Notes under the pieces: generated by a model
Seen by the model: the letters and a program-made list of their open reading frames with translations, nothing else
Databases searched by the model: none
What the model was told of the DNA's origin: nothing
Part shown: piece after piece, positions 9,056 to 19,483 of the stretch
How positions within the stretch are numbered: the first letter of the stretch is position 1
Layout of the letters: each line of letters starts with the position of its first letter
Program-made: the position numbers and the translations under genes
Source of the DNA: Methanotrichaceae archaeon
GTDB lineage: Archaea; Halobacteriota; Methanosarcinia; Methanotrichales; Methanotrichaceae
DNA: 64,000 nt
Assembly: GCA_963803145.1 (NCBI GenBank)
Contig: CAWDLW010000008.1
Span: 128,001-192,000 of the forward strand
Direction: 5' to 3'

Positions 9056-10633
9056 ATGGAGCGAAATCTGCCGAAGCTATCCTGTTATCTGGCTATTCTC
9101 TTCATTCTTTTTATTACCCTCGCATCAGGAGTTCAGTATAACTGGAACAGAACCTTTGGAGGGATTCACGGAGACGGAGCCTGGTCGCTTCAGGAGACCA
9201 ATGATGGCGGCTATATAATCGCAGGCTATACCTGCAGCTTAGGAGAGCGCGGCGACCTTTGGCTGATTAAGACCGATTCGAACGGAAGAGAGGAGTGGAA
9301 CAGGACATTTGGCGGATCTGATGAGGATGTAGGATATTCGGTCAAGCAAACCAGAGATGGAGGCTATATTGTCACAGGCAGCACCAGATCCTACGGAATA
9401 GGTGAGGAACGCTTATGGCTGCTCAAGACCGATTCTAGCGGTAACAAGGAGTGGGATAGGACCTTCGGAGGCTTCGTATCCTCATCTGGTGATGGTGGCT
9501 GGTCCGTTGATGAAACTGATGATGGCTATATCGTTACAGGCTATACAAGATCCTATGGCATGGGTGGGAAGGATCTCTGGCTGATAAAAACCGATTCTCA
9601 TGGAGTAGAGCAGTGGCAGAAGACCTTCGGCGGATCTAAGGATGATGTAGGCATGTCGGTCGCACGTGCGCAAGATGGAGGATATATCGTCGCAGGAAGA
9701 GCGGCATCCTTCAGCCAGGGGGATGATGATATCTGGCTGCTGAAGGTTGATTCGAGCGGTAGAGAGCAGTGGAACAGGACTTATGGCGGACAAAAGGATG
9801 ATGTATGCTTCCAGGTGGTCTGTCTTGAGGATGGATATGCGCTTACTGGAAGAACAGAGGTTACTGGCGGCAAGAAGGCATTCCTCCTAAAGACAGATCT
9901 TCAGGGAAAAATGAAATGGGAGAGAACTTATGGTAAGGACAGCACAGGCATTTCTTTGCAGAGAACGGATGACGGAGGATTCATCATTGCCGGCAGCACG
10001 GATACTGCAGATAACGGAAAAGATGCCCTGCTGATAAAGACAGATTCAACTGGAAAAGAACAGTGGATGCTGCCTTTTGGCGGTCTGAGGGATGATATCG
10101 GCACAGCTATTGTAGAGAGTAGTGATGGCGGATATGTCCTCGCCGGAATAACAAACTCTTTTGGAGCAGGGGCAGAGGATGTGTGGCTGGTCAAGCTAAC
10201 GTCTGATAATAATGCTGGAATTCTCTCACCCGAGAATGCTATATTAGGAAGCGCGACATCGGAAAACGCCACACATGGAAACATCACATCAGAAAGTGCC
10301 ATACCAGTAAGTGCTGCATTAGGGAATGCCGCATTAGGAAATGTCACACTAGGGAATGCCACATTAGAGAATATCACAATGGGGAATGCCACATTAGAGA
10401 ATATCACAATGGGGAATGCCACATTAGAGAATATCACAATGGGGAATGCCACATTAGGAAATTCAACGATATCAAGGAATGCAACAGATATAGTAATCCC
10501 AGAAAATACATCCAAAGATATTCCCGATACCAGGATAATAGCCAATACCGTGAGCTGGAACATTCCCAAATTGGCAGTCGATAGATTATCTTCCATTCCT
10601 CTTGCATTCCGATCGGCGAAGGTGAGGACATGA
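9056..10633 (+). CDS. Secreted beta-propeller repeat protein with an N-glycosylation-rich stalk
   Basis: Signal peptide; about 7 repeats of 'WNRTFGG..DD.G.SV.QT.DGGYI..G.T......D.WL.KTD'. Confidence 0.85.
   Translation: MERNLPKLSCYLAILFILFITLASGVQYNWNRTFGGIHGDGAWSLQETNDGGYIIAGYTCSLGERGDLWLIKTDSNGREEWNRTFGGSDEDVGYSVKQTRDGGYIVTGSTRSYGIGEERLWLLKTDSSGNKEWDRTFGGFVSSSGDGGWSVDETDDGYIVTGYTRSYGMGGKDLWLIKTDSHGVEQWQKTFGGSKDDVGMSVARAQDGGYIVAGRAASFSQGDDDIWLLKVDSSGREQWNRTYGGQKDDVCFQVVCLEDGYALTGRTEVTGGKKAFLLKTDLQGKMKWERTYGKDSTGISLQRTDDGGFIIAGSTDTADNGKDALLIKTDSTGKEQWMLPFGGLRDDIGTAIVESSDGGYVLAGITNSFGAGAEDVWLVKLTSDNNAGILSPENAILGSATSENATHGNITSESAIPVSAALGNAALGNVTLGNATLENITMGNATLENITMGNATLENITMGNATLGNSTISRNATDIVIPENTSKDIPDTRIIANTVSWNIPKLAVDRLSSIPLAFRSAKVRT
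10322..10457 (+). repeat. 30-bp coding tandem repeat (GNATLENITM)
   Basis: gggaatgccacattagagaatatcacaatg, about 3.5 perfect copies from 10352 plus a degenerate copy upstream. Confidence 0.95.
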
Positions 10634-10691
10634 TCGTCTTAACTTTGCACATCTCAAAATATTCTTAAACGGAGACAGCGATAACCTCTTA

Positions 10692-11411
10692 ATGCCTCCT
10701 TTGGTCAGGATCTCGGACATCGGCCTCTACCTCCGCTGCCCGAGGCTGATTTATTTCGATGTTCTTGGAACGCTTCCAAGAAAGATCAATCCAGAACAGA
10801 TTCTTCTGCGCAGTCTGATGCTCTCACTTTCACAATGTGAAACCGATGTCGAAAGCCAACTTAATTCCATACTTGCAAAGCTGGAGATGGAATTGCCGCT
10901 GATCTATGAGATTGAGCCCAAAAAGCTTGAAACAGCATCGGGAAATATAAGAGCAATTATACCTGAGATCGCAACTGGACTGTCCTCTCATCTAGGCAAG
11001 CTTTTTCCAAGCGATGTTGAAGTGGATCTGCGTTCAGATAGGCTTGGCCTTTCTGGCAGGCTGGATAGGCTCATTTCTTATCGTATTCCATCCATAATAA
11101 GAACAGGCAGTGCGCCCGAAGAAGGTATCTGGAAGCGTGATAGGCTTATGCTGGCAGGCTATGCCATTTTGCTTGGAGAAAAATGCGGTACTATACTAGG
11201 TCGAGGAAGGATAGAGTACCCGCGAATGGGAGAAGTTCGCGAGATTCAGATTCACGGGGTTGACAGAGGCAAAGTCCTCAGGATCCGGGACCGGGTCCAG
11301 CAGATAAAAGACGGCCAGCTGCCCGATAAACCAGAAGGTGCCAATTGCAGCACGTGTGAAGTCCGTGAACGATGTGAAACTCGACACTCGTTTGTCTCAA
11401 AATTCTTTTGA
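10692..11411 (+). CDS. Solo Cas4/Dna2-like RecB-family Fe-S protein
   Basis: N-terminal CPR, GLSGRLDR and C-terminal CxxCx5C; no CRISPR array or other cas genes nearby. Confidence 0.8.
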   Translation: MPPLVRISDIGLYLRCPRLIYFDVLGTLPRKINPEQILLRSLMLSLSQCETDVESQLNSILAKLEMELPLIYEIEPKKLETASGNIRAIIPEIATGLSSHLGKLFPSDVEVDLRSDRLGLSGRLDRLISYRIPSIIRTGSAPEEGIWKRDRLMLAGYAILLGEKCGTILGRGRIEYPRMGEVREIQIHGVDRGKVLRIRDRVQQIKDGQLPDKPEGANCSTCEVRERCETRHSFVSKFF

Positions 11412-11546
11412 ATTTTCAGGAAAAATAGATTAATCAATCAATTGTGGCGAAGATACCTGTAGGGGAATAGTGGAGTTGCGTTTGGCTCTACATCTGAGAT
11501 CACAACTATCAGAATCATTAAATCCTATCCGGCTGTTGGGCTACTC

Positions 11547-12458
11547 ATGTTCACTCAGAGGCATGTGCTCTCCATGCGGGACTTCTCCAGGGATGAAATC
11601 GATTCAGTACTCGATCTTGCCGCATCACTTGAGCCATATGCCCGCGGGAAAAAAAGCGATATGCTCTCAGGAAAGATACTTGCTCTACTATTTTTCGAGC
11701 CATCTACGCGCACTCGGATGTCCTTTGAGACTGCTATGAAGAGGCTTGGCGGCTCAACGATAAACTTAGGCTCATCTGAGGCAAGCTCAATTGCCAAAGG
11801 CGAATCTCTGGCAGATACTGTGCGCGTTATCGGCGGCTATGCGGATGCTATCGTGATCAGACATCCTAAGGAGGGCTCTGCACGCCTCGCATCTGAGTTC
11901 TCACCTGTGCCCGTTCTGAACGCTGGCGATGGCGCAGGCCACCATCCGACTCAAACTCTTCTCGATCTTTATACAATTAAAAAGGAAAGCCACCTGGAAA
12001 ATCTGAGCATCGCACTCGTGGGCGATCTCAAATACGGCAGGACCGTTCACTCATTAGCTTATGCTCTTTCCCTATACGGAGCGGATATTAACCTTGTATC
12101 ACCGTCCACTCTAAGAATGCCGGAGCAGATCAGAGATGATCTCTCAAGCAAGGGAACAAAGGTTCGCGAGACATGTGATCTTGGAGAGGTCGTGAACAAT
12201 GTAGATGTACTCTATATGACGCGCATTCAACGCGAGCGCTTCCCCGATCCAGTGGAGTACAAGAAGGTAGCACGAAGTTACAGGATAACTCCCGAGTTCT
12301 TGGCCAATGCTAAAGGTAACCTCATAATCATGCATCCCTTGCCGCGTGTAGATGAGATTGCGCCCTCAGTAGATTCGACACCCCATGCTCGCTACTTCCA
12401 GCAATCCTTCTATGGCGTGCCGGTAAGGATGGCGCTACTGAAGATGCTGGTAGGTTGA
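11547..12458 (+). CDS. pyrB: Aspartate carbamoyltransferase catalytic subunit
   Basis: Motifs [13 protein letters not shown] and MHPLPR. Confidence 0.98.
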   Translation: MFTQRHVLSMRDFSRDEIDSVLDLAASLEPYARGKKSDMLSGKILALLFFEPSTRTRMSFETAMKRLGGSTINLGSSEASSIAKGESLADTVRVIGGYADAIVIRHPKEGSARLASEFSPVPVLNAGDGAGHHPTQTLLDLYTIKKESHLENLSIALVGDLKYGRTVHSLAYALSLYGADINLVSPSTLRMPEQIRDDLSSKGTKVRETCDLGEVVNNVDVLYMTRIQRERFPDPVEYKKVARSYRITPEFLANAKGNLIIMHPLPRVDEIAPSVDSTPHARYFQQSFYGVPVRMALLKMLVG

Positions 12459-12497
12459 TAGATGGCTAGGTGAATAGATGGCTAGGTTGATAGATGG
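12451..12497 (+). repeat. About three copies of a 16-bp tandem repeat between pyrB and pyrI
   Basis: taggttgatagatggc / taggtgaatagatggc / taggttgatagatgg. Confidence 0.85.
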
Positions 12498-12518
12498 ATA
12501 ATGCCGACGGTGATCAAG

Positions 12519-12983
12519 ATGGCAGAAGTTGAGCTGAAGGTCAGACCCATAACGAACGGCACTGTGATAGATCATATCGCGGCAGGTCAGGCATTGAATG
12601 TCCTGAAGATCTTGGGCATATCGGGAACTGCAGATGCAACGCTATCCGTTGTCATGAATGTCGGAAGTGAAAAGCACGGCAAGAAAGATATTGTCAAAGT
12701 CGAGGATAGGGAGCTGATGGAGGAGGAGGTGGACAGGATTGCACTGATTGCACCTGCAGCTACTATCAATATTATCCGCGATTACAAAGTGGTTGAAAAA
12801 TACCTCGTAGATCTGCCGGATGAGATAGTAGGCGTTGTTCGCTGTCAGAATCCAAGCTGCATCTCCAATACATCAGAGCCTATCAAATCAAGAATGCTCG
12901 TTAACGCAAAGAACCCCGTGCTTCTGAGATGCGTTTACTGTGAGCAGCCTATCACAGAGAGAATAGCAGATTACTTAATCTAG
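12519..12983 (+). CDS. pyrI: Aspartate carbamoyltransferase regulatory subunit
   Basis: GTVIDHI, KDIVKVE and CQNPSC...CVYC; GGTGA SD before ATG 12519. Confidence 0.97.
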   Translation: MAEVELKVRPITNGTVIDHIAAGQALNVLKILGISGTADATLSVVMNVGSEKHGKKDIVKVEDRELMEEEVDRIALIAPAATINIIRDYKVVEKYLVDLPDEIVGVVRCQNPSCISNTSEPIKSRMLVNAKNPVLLRCVYCEQPITERIADYLI

Positions 12984-13056
12984 AAGGTAATCGAATTGTT
13001 CTACCAAAGGTTAAAAGAGATGATCTATTGAACCCAATAACAGGACGGAGTTCAAG

Positions 13057-13842
13057 ATGGCTGTAAAAAATGGCGATTTCATTAAGATCGATTACACCGA
13101 GAGCGTTGACGGACAGGTAATAGCAACAACAGATGAGGCCCAGGCAAAAGAGAAGGGCATTTATGATCAGGAAACCCAATACGGTCCGCACCTCGTAGTA
13201 GTTGGAGCAGGTCAGCTTGTTAAGGGCTTTGAAGACGACCTCATAGAGAAGGATGTAGGCTACTCGGGCAGGGTCGAGATACCTCCAGAGAAGGCATTTG
13301 GCACGCACGATCCAGAAAAGATGGAGACCGTCCCAATTACCAGATTCAAAGAGGAAAAGCCTCTTGTAGGAATGCGTGTAGGAGTCGAGGGCAAGTACGG
13401 CATCGTTACAAGAATAATTGGGCGGAGAGTAACGATCGATTTCAATCATCCTCTGGCGGATAAGACTTTAGTATACGATTATAAGATCGTAGAAGCGGTC
13501 GATGACCTGCAGGAGAAGCTAAAGAGCCTGATAAAGACCTTCGCTCGCATGGATCTCGAATCCAAAATCGAGGACAATAAAGCGATAATTACCGTTCCAT
13601 GGGAGATGAGCTACTATAAGGAGTGGTTCATGATCAGGCGAGGGTTAGCAGATATGATCCTCAAGCATCTTGGTCTAACCGAAGTGGACTATGTTGAGAC
13701 GCATACAGGCGAAAAGGTAAAGGCTGAGTTGATATCTCCGCCAGAGAAAGAAGGCGAGACCGAATCTGGGTCTGCTGCTGAGGCCGAGCAGCCTACAGAG
13801 CAGCCTGCTGAACAGGGATCTCAAGAATCTACATCTGCCTAA
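13057..13842 (+). CDS. Long-type archaeal FKBP peptidyl-prolyl isomerase
   Basis: GDFIKIDYT, IPPEKAFG and IDFNHPLA. Confidence 0.93.
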   Translation: MAVKNGDFIKIDYTESVDGQVIATTDEAQAKEKGIYDQETQYGPHLVVVGAGQLVKGFEDDLIEKDVGYSGRVEIPPEKAFGTHDPEKMETVPITRFKEEKPLVGMRVGVEGKYGIVTRIIGRRVTIDFNHPLADKTLVYDYKIVEAVDDLQEKLKSLIKTFARMDLESKIEDNKAIITVPWEMSYYKEWFMIRRGLADMILKHLGLTEVDYVETHTGEKVKAELISPPEKEGETESGSAAEAEQPTEQPAEQGSQESTSA

Positions 13843-13931
13843 ACGGCAGATGATCTTTTCTTAATTTCAAACTCCAGAGCAGGCTTGAGGAAAAAGCTGG
13901 GCTGTAGAGCATATGGCGGCCATAGCCACAC

Positions 13932-15854
13932 CTATATTTGCGATTTAGATGGAGACACCTTCAGGCCGAATTCGCTCAGAGATCCCTCAATTTCTTCATA
14001 AGATAGGTACAGCTCGTCCTTCTGGCGTTCTACTTGGCTTAAGCGTGGATCAGCAGAGAGCCATATCTGTAGAAGATCTCCACGGACCATCTTGATGCAG
14101 GCCATCATATCAGCCTGAGAGAGTCGGTAGACTATATGGCTTCCAGTGGGAGTGTACCATCTGGAATATGCCCCTTTGAGCCGCTCTACATAATCATCCC
14201 ACTTAAACTCTCTAGAAAGAGGCGAGCCCTCTGCCCTCACGGGCCGGAGATCTATGGAGAGGTTCAGATGGGCTCTATCGCCGGAGATCTTCTGATCTAT
14301 ACTCCCAACCACATGGCGATATAGGGTGCTATCCTTATTCACTTGGAGGCTCTGGCCTCTGAAGACCTCTTTTGCCACTTCGGGGAAAAAGGGTGCCAGC
14401 CTAATCTTTTCTGTAGGCGATGTGGCCAGGGATACTCCTATGAAGAATATGGCACTGAGAGATAGCCCCACAAGGACACCATGCTCTGTTAAAACTGGCG
14501 AGATAGTATCTAACGATTGATGTAGCCAGAAGATCTCATAGGAGATGAGAAAGATCTGGGTGCCTCCTCCGACGATAAGAGCAGCGAGCGCACCCCATTT
14601 GGTGGCACGTCTCCAATAGAGGCCGCCAATTATGGGGAAGAAGTATGATGTAGTGCCTATGACTGTGGATATGATCACGGCATCCATTATGCTATCCATC
14701 TTCAGGGCTATGAAAGCGGAGGTGGCGATCATAGCTATGACAAGAACTCTACTTATGATCATCATCTCTTTCATGGTGGCGCCGGGCTTGATATGCCTCT
14801 GTATCAGATCTCTGGAGATGCAAGAGGCGCCCGAGGTGGCAAAGGTAGAGGTGCATGACATGCATGCTGCAAGGAATCCTATGGCCAGGAAGGCCAGGAG
14901 CATGGGGGAGACGTTATCGCTGATGAACTTTGGGAGAAGCATCTCCGCCTCCACTTCGCTTGTTGGCATGTGATATAGAGCACTAAGACCGAGGGCCGTC
15001 AGGAAGCAGCATAAATATATTAATGCCATAAGGGCGGCTCCTAATATCAGGCCCCTGTGGGCGGATTTTTCATCGCGGGCGGCCCATATCTTCTGCCAGG
15101 GATCCTGCTCGGCAATCCAGCCGGGCAGAAGGGCCATTTGAAACACCAGCGCGCCCATGAGTCCGCCCATGGCAAAGAGATTCCACCAATCAGGACCCAG
15201 AGCCATGGCTGTTGCTGTGAGGGATATGCCCTCTCGGATGGGAAGCAATAAGGCCATGACGGCGACGGATACTGCAAGCCCCGCCAGCAATGCAAACTTC
15301 GGCAGATCTGTCCAGACTACAGCCTTAAAGCCTCCGATGCTGACAATGAAGGCTACTGAGACGGCCATGATAAGGACAGCATAGAAAGGCTGGATGCCGA
15401 AGAAGGTGCCCAGGACCAGTTTGAATCCTATAAAATCGGTCACCGAGAAGAGGATCATCATGATTGTAATGGCCACAGCGATAGGCGCCCTGATCAAAGG
15501 ATCATATCTTATTTCCATAAGCTCTGGCTGAGTCAGGGCGGGGATATTTTTGATTCTTCCTGAGATGGCCGCTATTATGATAAGGGCGGCAATGTTCGGA
15601 AAGACCCAAACCCATATGGAGCCAACGCCGATAAGAATGAATAAGCCGGTTGCCAGCAGCAGTGCGCTTGCATCGATCCAAGATGCTGCTGTAGATAAGC
15701 CTATAATTCCCGGGCCCAACACCCTTCCGGCAAGCCAGAAGTCAGTAACAGACTTCTGCCTGCGAGATGTGAACAGGCTGATACCTACGAGCATCGCTAT
15801 ATACAGCACAAGGAAGACCAGGAATAGATGATACGCGTCCAACTGACTCACCAC
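13932..15854 (-). CDS. Sodium:solute symporter with a C-terminal soluble extension
   Basis: DFWLAGR, GGFKAVVWTD, multiple transmembrane helices and GLYWRRAT. Confidence 0.92.
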   Translation of the reverse strand: MVSQLDAYHLFLVFLVLYIAMLVGISLFTSRRQKSVTDFWLAGRVLGPGIIGLSTAASWIDASALLLATGLFILIGVGSIWVWVFPNIAALIIIAAISGRIKNIPALTQPELMEIRYDPLIRAPIAVAITIMMILFSVTDFIGFKLVLGTFFGIQPFYAVLIMAVSVAFIVSIGGFKAVVWTDLPKFALLAGLAVSVAVMALLLPIREGISLTATAMALGPDWWNLFAMGGLMGALVFQMALLPGWIAEQDPWQKIWAARDEKSAHRGLILGAALMALIYLCCFLTALGLSALYHMPTSEVEAEMLLPKFISDNVSPMLLAFLAIGFLAACMSCTSTFATSGASCISRDLIQRHIKPGATMKEMMIISRVLVIAMIATSAFIALKMDSIMDAVIISTVIGTTSYFFPIIGGLYWRRATKWGALAALIVGGGTQIFLISYEIFWLHQSLDTISPVLTEHGVLVGLSLSAIFFIGVSLATSPTEKIRLAPFFPEVAKEVFRGQSLQVNKDSTLYRHVVGSIDQKISGDRAHLNLSIDLRPVRAEGSPLSREFKWDDYVERLKGAYSRWYTPTGSHIVYRLSQADMMACIKMVRGDLLQIWLSADPRLSQVERQKDELYLSYEEIEGSLSEFGLKVSPSKSQI

Positions 15855-15955
15855 GTTCCTAGAATGAGATATATTATTTAAGGTTGCTTAAAAAATTAGG
15901 TTTACCAAAAGGTAAGCTGACTTGATTTGCAACATTCTGCCTGCGCAAGTTAGCC

Positions 15956-16180
15956 ACGAGAAGGAGCTTTGAGAGCGTGAGGATGGCCGTTAAGGATGTA
16001 CCGGCAAGGTGGCTAAAGGCATCAAGGTCGCTCAATAAGGAAGGTCAGGTTTACGGGCAAATGATTGCTGAAATGGCTAAGAAGCACTCAAGCAAGGCAT
16101 TCTATGCGCTGGATGATCCTCTGGAGGCGGCGGTTTTTTCGGTGTTGGTGGAGATTACAAAGCTAGTACTAGCTGAATAA
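15956..16180 (+). CDS. Small conserved-looking hypothetical protein; apparent start codon is ACG
   Basis: Frame is open upstream of 15977 as ACG-AGA-AGG-AGC-TTT-GAG-AGC-GTG ('xRRSFESVRM...DDPLEAAVFSVLVE'). Confidence 0.5.
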   Translation, partial: TRRSFESVRMAVKDVPARWLKASRSLNKEGQVYGQMIAEMAKKHSSKAFYALDDPLEAAVFSVLVEITKLVLAE

Positions 16181-16247
16181 ACTTAGCTGAAGGGTAACTT
16201 ATAGATAATAAAACATAATAAATCATCCGGTTAGTGCCGGTGTAGAA

Positions 16248-19200
16248 ATGGCGATTGATAACCTTTCTCAAAGGATCTCTGAGCTTTCACAGCGATTAGA
16301 GGAGCTCCAGGCAAGGTGCGTGAACAATCCGGAATATGCGCCCGAAGTCCTATCCGATGCCCTGGATAGCCTCCAGGCCAGCCTTGAGGAGCTATCGGCT
16401 GCGGATGAGGAGCTTATACAGCAGAATGAGGAACTCAAGCACGCTCAATCGACGCTGCAGAAGAGTGAGGAAAAGTTCCGACTGGTTGCCGATTTCACCT
16501 ATGATTGGGAAACTTGGATAGACCCTAAGGGGAACTATGTTTATGTTTCGCCTTCCTGCGAGCGAATAACCGGATATTATGCCGAAGAATTCATAGAGAA
16601 TCCCTCTCTTTCCATAGACATAATACATCCAGATGACAAGGAAGCTTTTAAACAGCATCAAAATGTCCATTTCGATGAACAGACTGATAGCGCGCAAATC
16701 GATTATCGTATTATAACAACGAAAGGAGAGATCCGTTGGATCAGTCATATCTGCCAACCGGTATTCGAAAGGAATGGGGAATGGCTTGGGCGTAGGGCAA
16801 GTAATAGGGACATCACAGAGCGAAAGCGGGCCGAGGAGGCTTTGCGCAAGAGTGAAGCGAAACTCCGCGCCGTCTTTAGATCCCTCTCAGAAGGCATCGT
16901 CTTCCTCAACACTAAAGGCGATGTGGAAGAGGTTAACGAAGCTGTACAACGCATACATGGCCATACTCTGGAGGAGTTAGCTGACCCCAAACTCGATCCA
17001 CGTTGGCAAATAATCCGACCAGATGGCACACTTTTCCCGGTTGATGAACAACCAGCGATAGTAGCGCTTCGTACTGGGCAGGCTGTGCAGGATGTTGAAA
17101 TGGGTGTCCCAATGTCTGATGGGAAGTTAAGATGGCGACTTGTGAACGCACAGCCGGTATATGATGATAGCGAAAACCTGCTTGGGGCAGTGGCGTCGTT
17201 CTTCGATATCACCGAGCGCAAGCAGGCTGAGGAGTTGCTTCGCCAATCGGAGCAGCATTTCCGACTGCTGTTCGAGACCATGCTTCAAGGGGTGGTCTAC
17301 CATGATGCGGATGGCACAATTCTCTCAATGAATCCCGCAGCCGAGAAGATACTCGGCAAGACCCGAGAGGAGTTTCTGGGCAGCTCTTCCGTAGGTCAAG
17401 AGCACTTTACCATAAAAGAGGACGGTTCTCCCTTCCCTGGTCTAGAGCATCCTGCCATGGTTTCTCTTCGCACAGGGCAGGAAGTGCATAACGTTATGAT
17501 GGGGGTTTACAATCCTCGAAGGGGCTGTTACCGCTGGATAAGCATCGATGCGGTGCCCATCCTCCGGCCTGGGGAAGATAGGCCATATCAGGTTTACACA
17601 ATCTTCGATGACATTACCGAGAGGAAGAAGGCCGAGGAGGCGTTGAGGGAAAGCGAAAAGAAATATCGGCATATTGTGGATTATGCGCCCACAGGCATCT
17701 ATGAAATTGACTACGCCGGTCCTCGATTCAAGCGCGTTAACGATGCCATGTGTCAAATCCTTGGCTATACTCAAGAGGAGTTAATGGCGACGAACCCCTT
17801 AGACCTTTTGGATGAAGAAAGCCAACAGCGATTCCAGGAACGAATTCAGAAGGTGTTAGCTGGGGAGCCTATTGATGAGTCCGTCGCATTCCGTGTATTC
17901 GGCAAGGATGGCCGAGAGATGTGGGCTGCCCTCAATGTCAAACCAATGTATACCGATGGTAAACTGGATGGCGCCTTGGTCGTTGCGCATGACATTACTG
18001 ATCGGAAACGGATGGAAGAGGCGCTACGCAAATCGAAGGATGAGCTTGAGCAACGTGTCCAGGAGAGGACATCCGAGCTATCCAATGCAAAAGAGAACCT
18101 TGAAGCGATCAACGAAGAGCTTCAGGTGGAGATCTTAGAGCACGAGAAGACAGAGAAAGAGCTTTTGAAAGCTAAAGAGGCTGCAGAGGCCGCAGTCGAG
18201 GCCAAGGCTGCGTTCCTGGCAAACATGAGTCATGAGCTCAGGACACCTCTGAATGCTGTTATAGGTTTCTCAAGCCTACTCTTGGAGGATAACCTTACAC
18301 AGGATCAGAAGGAGAGCATCGAAAGAATCAGGAACGGCGGCGAAGCTCTCCTCTCCCTAATCAGCGATATCCTTGAGTTCTCGAGGGCAGAAAAGGAGAA
18401 GATAACGCTGGAGCATCAGCCGTTAAGCCTCAAGCGTTGTATCGAGGAGTCTATGGATATGGTGGCGGTGCAGGCCAACGATAAGGGCCTGAACCTTGCT
18501 TATACTATCAGCTACGGCACACCAGATACAATCATCAGTGATCCCGGAAGGCTTAGACAAGTTCTAGTCAATTTGCTTAGTAATGCTGTTAAATTCACTG
18601 ATGAAGGAGATATATCGGTATCTGTTTCCTCAATAATTATTGAGGGCAATAAGCGCAAAATAACTTTTGCGGTCAAGGATACTGGCATTGGCATGCCTCA
18701 AGATAAGATGGATAGACTCTTTAAGCCCTTTACACAGCTTGAATACGTAATAAGCCGCAAGCGTGATGGCGCAGGACTTGGACTCGCCATAAGCAAGAGG
18801 CTTGTCGAACTCATGGGCGGAGAGATATGGGCTGAAAGCGAGGAGGGCATAGGCTCGACCTTCAGATTCACTATTCCCGTAGAGACAATCCCTGGAAAGC
18901 AACTGGACTTAGGCGAGAAGGATAGAGTTGAGTATGAGAACCTCTCTGCTCAAAAGCCCCTGAGCATTCTTGTGGCCGAAGACAATCCTTCAAACCAGAG
19001 GGTTCTCGTTGAGATGCTGAAGCGATTGGGCTACAGGGTGGATTCTGTGGCTGATGGTGTCGAGGTTCTGCAGGCCCTCCAAATCCGTCCTTACGACCTG
19101 ATATTCATGGATATCAAAATGCCAGAGATGGACGGCCTCACGGCCACCAGGGAGATACGAAAGCTATGGCCTGAAAACGGACCGAAGATTATAGCTATCA

Positions 19201-19316
19201 CAGCCTTCGCAATGGATGGCGATCGTGAGAAGTGCCTGGAAGCTGGCATGGATGACTACATCGCAAAGCCTGTGAAAGTGGATGATCTTGCGACGCTACT
19301 ACACAATTTGGCATAG
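16248..19316 (+). CDS. Hybrid sensor histidine kinase (4 PAS, HisKA, HATPase, receiver)
   Basis: DITERK PAC motifs, FLANMSHELRTP, GLGLAIS and FMDIKMPEMDG. Confidence 0.96.
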   Translation: MAIDNLSQRISELSQRLEELQARCVNNPEYAPEVLSDALDSLQASLEELSAADEELIQQNEELKHAQSTLQKSEEKFRLVADFTYDWETWIDPKGNYVYVSPSCERITGYYAEEFIENPSLSIDIIHPDDKEAFKQHQNVHFDEQTDSAQIDYRIITTKGEIRWISHICQPVFERNGEWLGRRASNRDITERKRAEEALRKSEAKLRAVFRSLSEGIVFLNTKGDVEEVNEAVQRIHGHTLEELADPKLDPRWQIIRPDGTLFPVDEQPAIVALRTGQAVQDVEMGVPMSDGKLRWRLVNAQPVYDDSENLLGAVASFFDITERKQAEELLRQSEQHFRLLFETMLQGVVYHDADGTILSMNPAAEKILGKTREEFLGSSSVGQEHFTIKEDGSPFPGLEHPAMVSLRTGQEVHNVMMGVYNPRRGCYRWISIDAVPILRPGEDRPYQVYTIFDDITERKKAEEALRESEKKYRHIVDYAPTGIYEIDYAGPRFKRVNDAMCQILGYTQEELMATNPLDLLDEESQQRFQERIQKVLAGEPIDESVAFRVFGKDGREMWAALNVKPMYTDGKLDGALVVAHDITDRKRMEEALRKSKDELEQRVQERTSELSNAKENLEAINEELQVEILEHEKTEKELLKAKEAAEAAVEAKAAFLANMSHELRTPLNAVIGFSSLLLEDNLTQDQKESIERIRNGGEALLSLISDILEFSRAEKEKITLEHQPLSLKRCIEESMDMVAVQANDKGLNLAYTISYGTPDTIISDPGRLRQVLVNLLSNAVKFTDEGDISVSVSSIIIEGNKRKITFAVKDTGIGMPQDKMDRLFKPFTQLEYVISRKRDGAGLGLAISKRLVELMGGEIWAESEEGIGSTFRFTIPVETIPGKQLDLGEKDRVEYENLSAQKPLSILVAEDNPSNQRVLVEMLKRLGYRVDSVADGVEVLQALQIRPYDLIFMDIKMPEMDGLTATREIRKLWPENGPKIIAITAFAMDGDREKCLEAGMDDYIAKPVKVDDLATLLHNLA

Positions 19317-19410
19317 AACTGTGTGATTTCAACACAAACCTCGAAATAAGTAGCTCTCTGTCCAGCCATCCACCTCTCGCCAGTCAAAGCTATGCAAAAG
19401 CCTGGCAAGG

Positions 19411-19482
19411 GTTTTTTATAGAACTTAAGCTCAACCTCTAATCATGACACAGAATTCTTCTGTGAGGGATTGCCTTCTATGA
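19411..19482 (+). promoter_or_regulatory. TATA box plus 12-codon leader uORF (MTQNSSVRDCLL*) upstream of leuA
   Basis: TTTTATAG at 19414..19421; ATG at 19444 lies at the expected TSS distance; ends CTT CTA TGA at 19474..19482. Confidence 0.6.
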
Positions 19483-19483
19483 T

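Noticed and set aside
9052-9058. Pyrrolysine readthrough of the TAG joining 8527.. and 9056..
   Set aside because: The downstream gene is in a different frame and has its own signal peptide.
9928-10596. Antisense 222-aa repeat ORF, and similar long shadow ORFs such as 24066..24674, 25990..26694 and 58677..59267
   Set aside because: They lie opposite well-supported genes and have no independent motifs.
10322-12497. CRISPR array near the Cas4-like gene
   Set aside because: The nearby 30-bp and 16-bp repeats are tandem with no unique spacers, and there is no cas1 or cas2.
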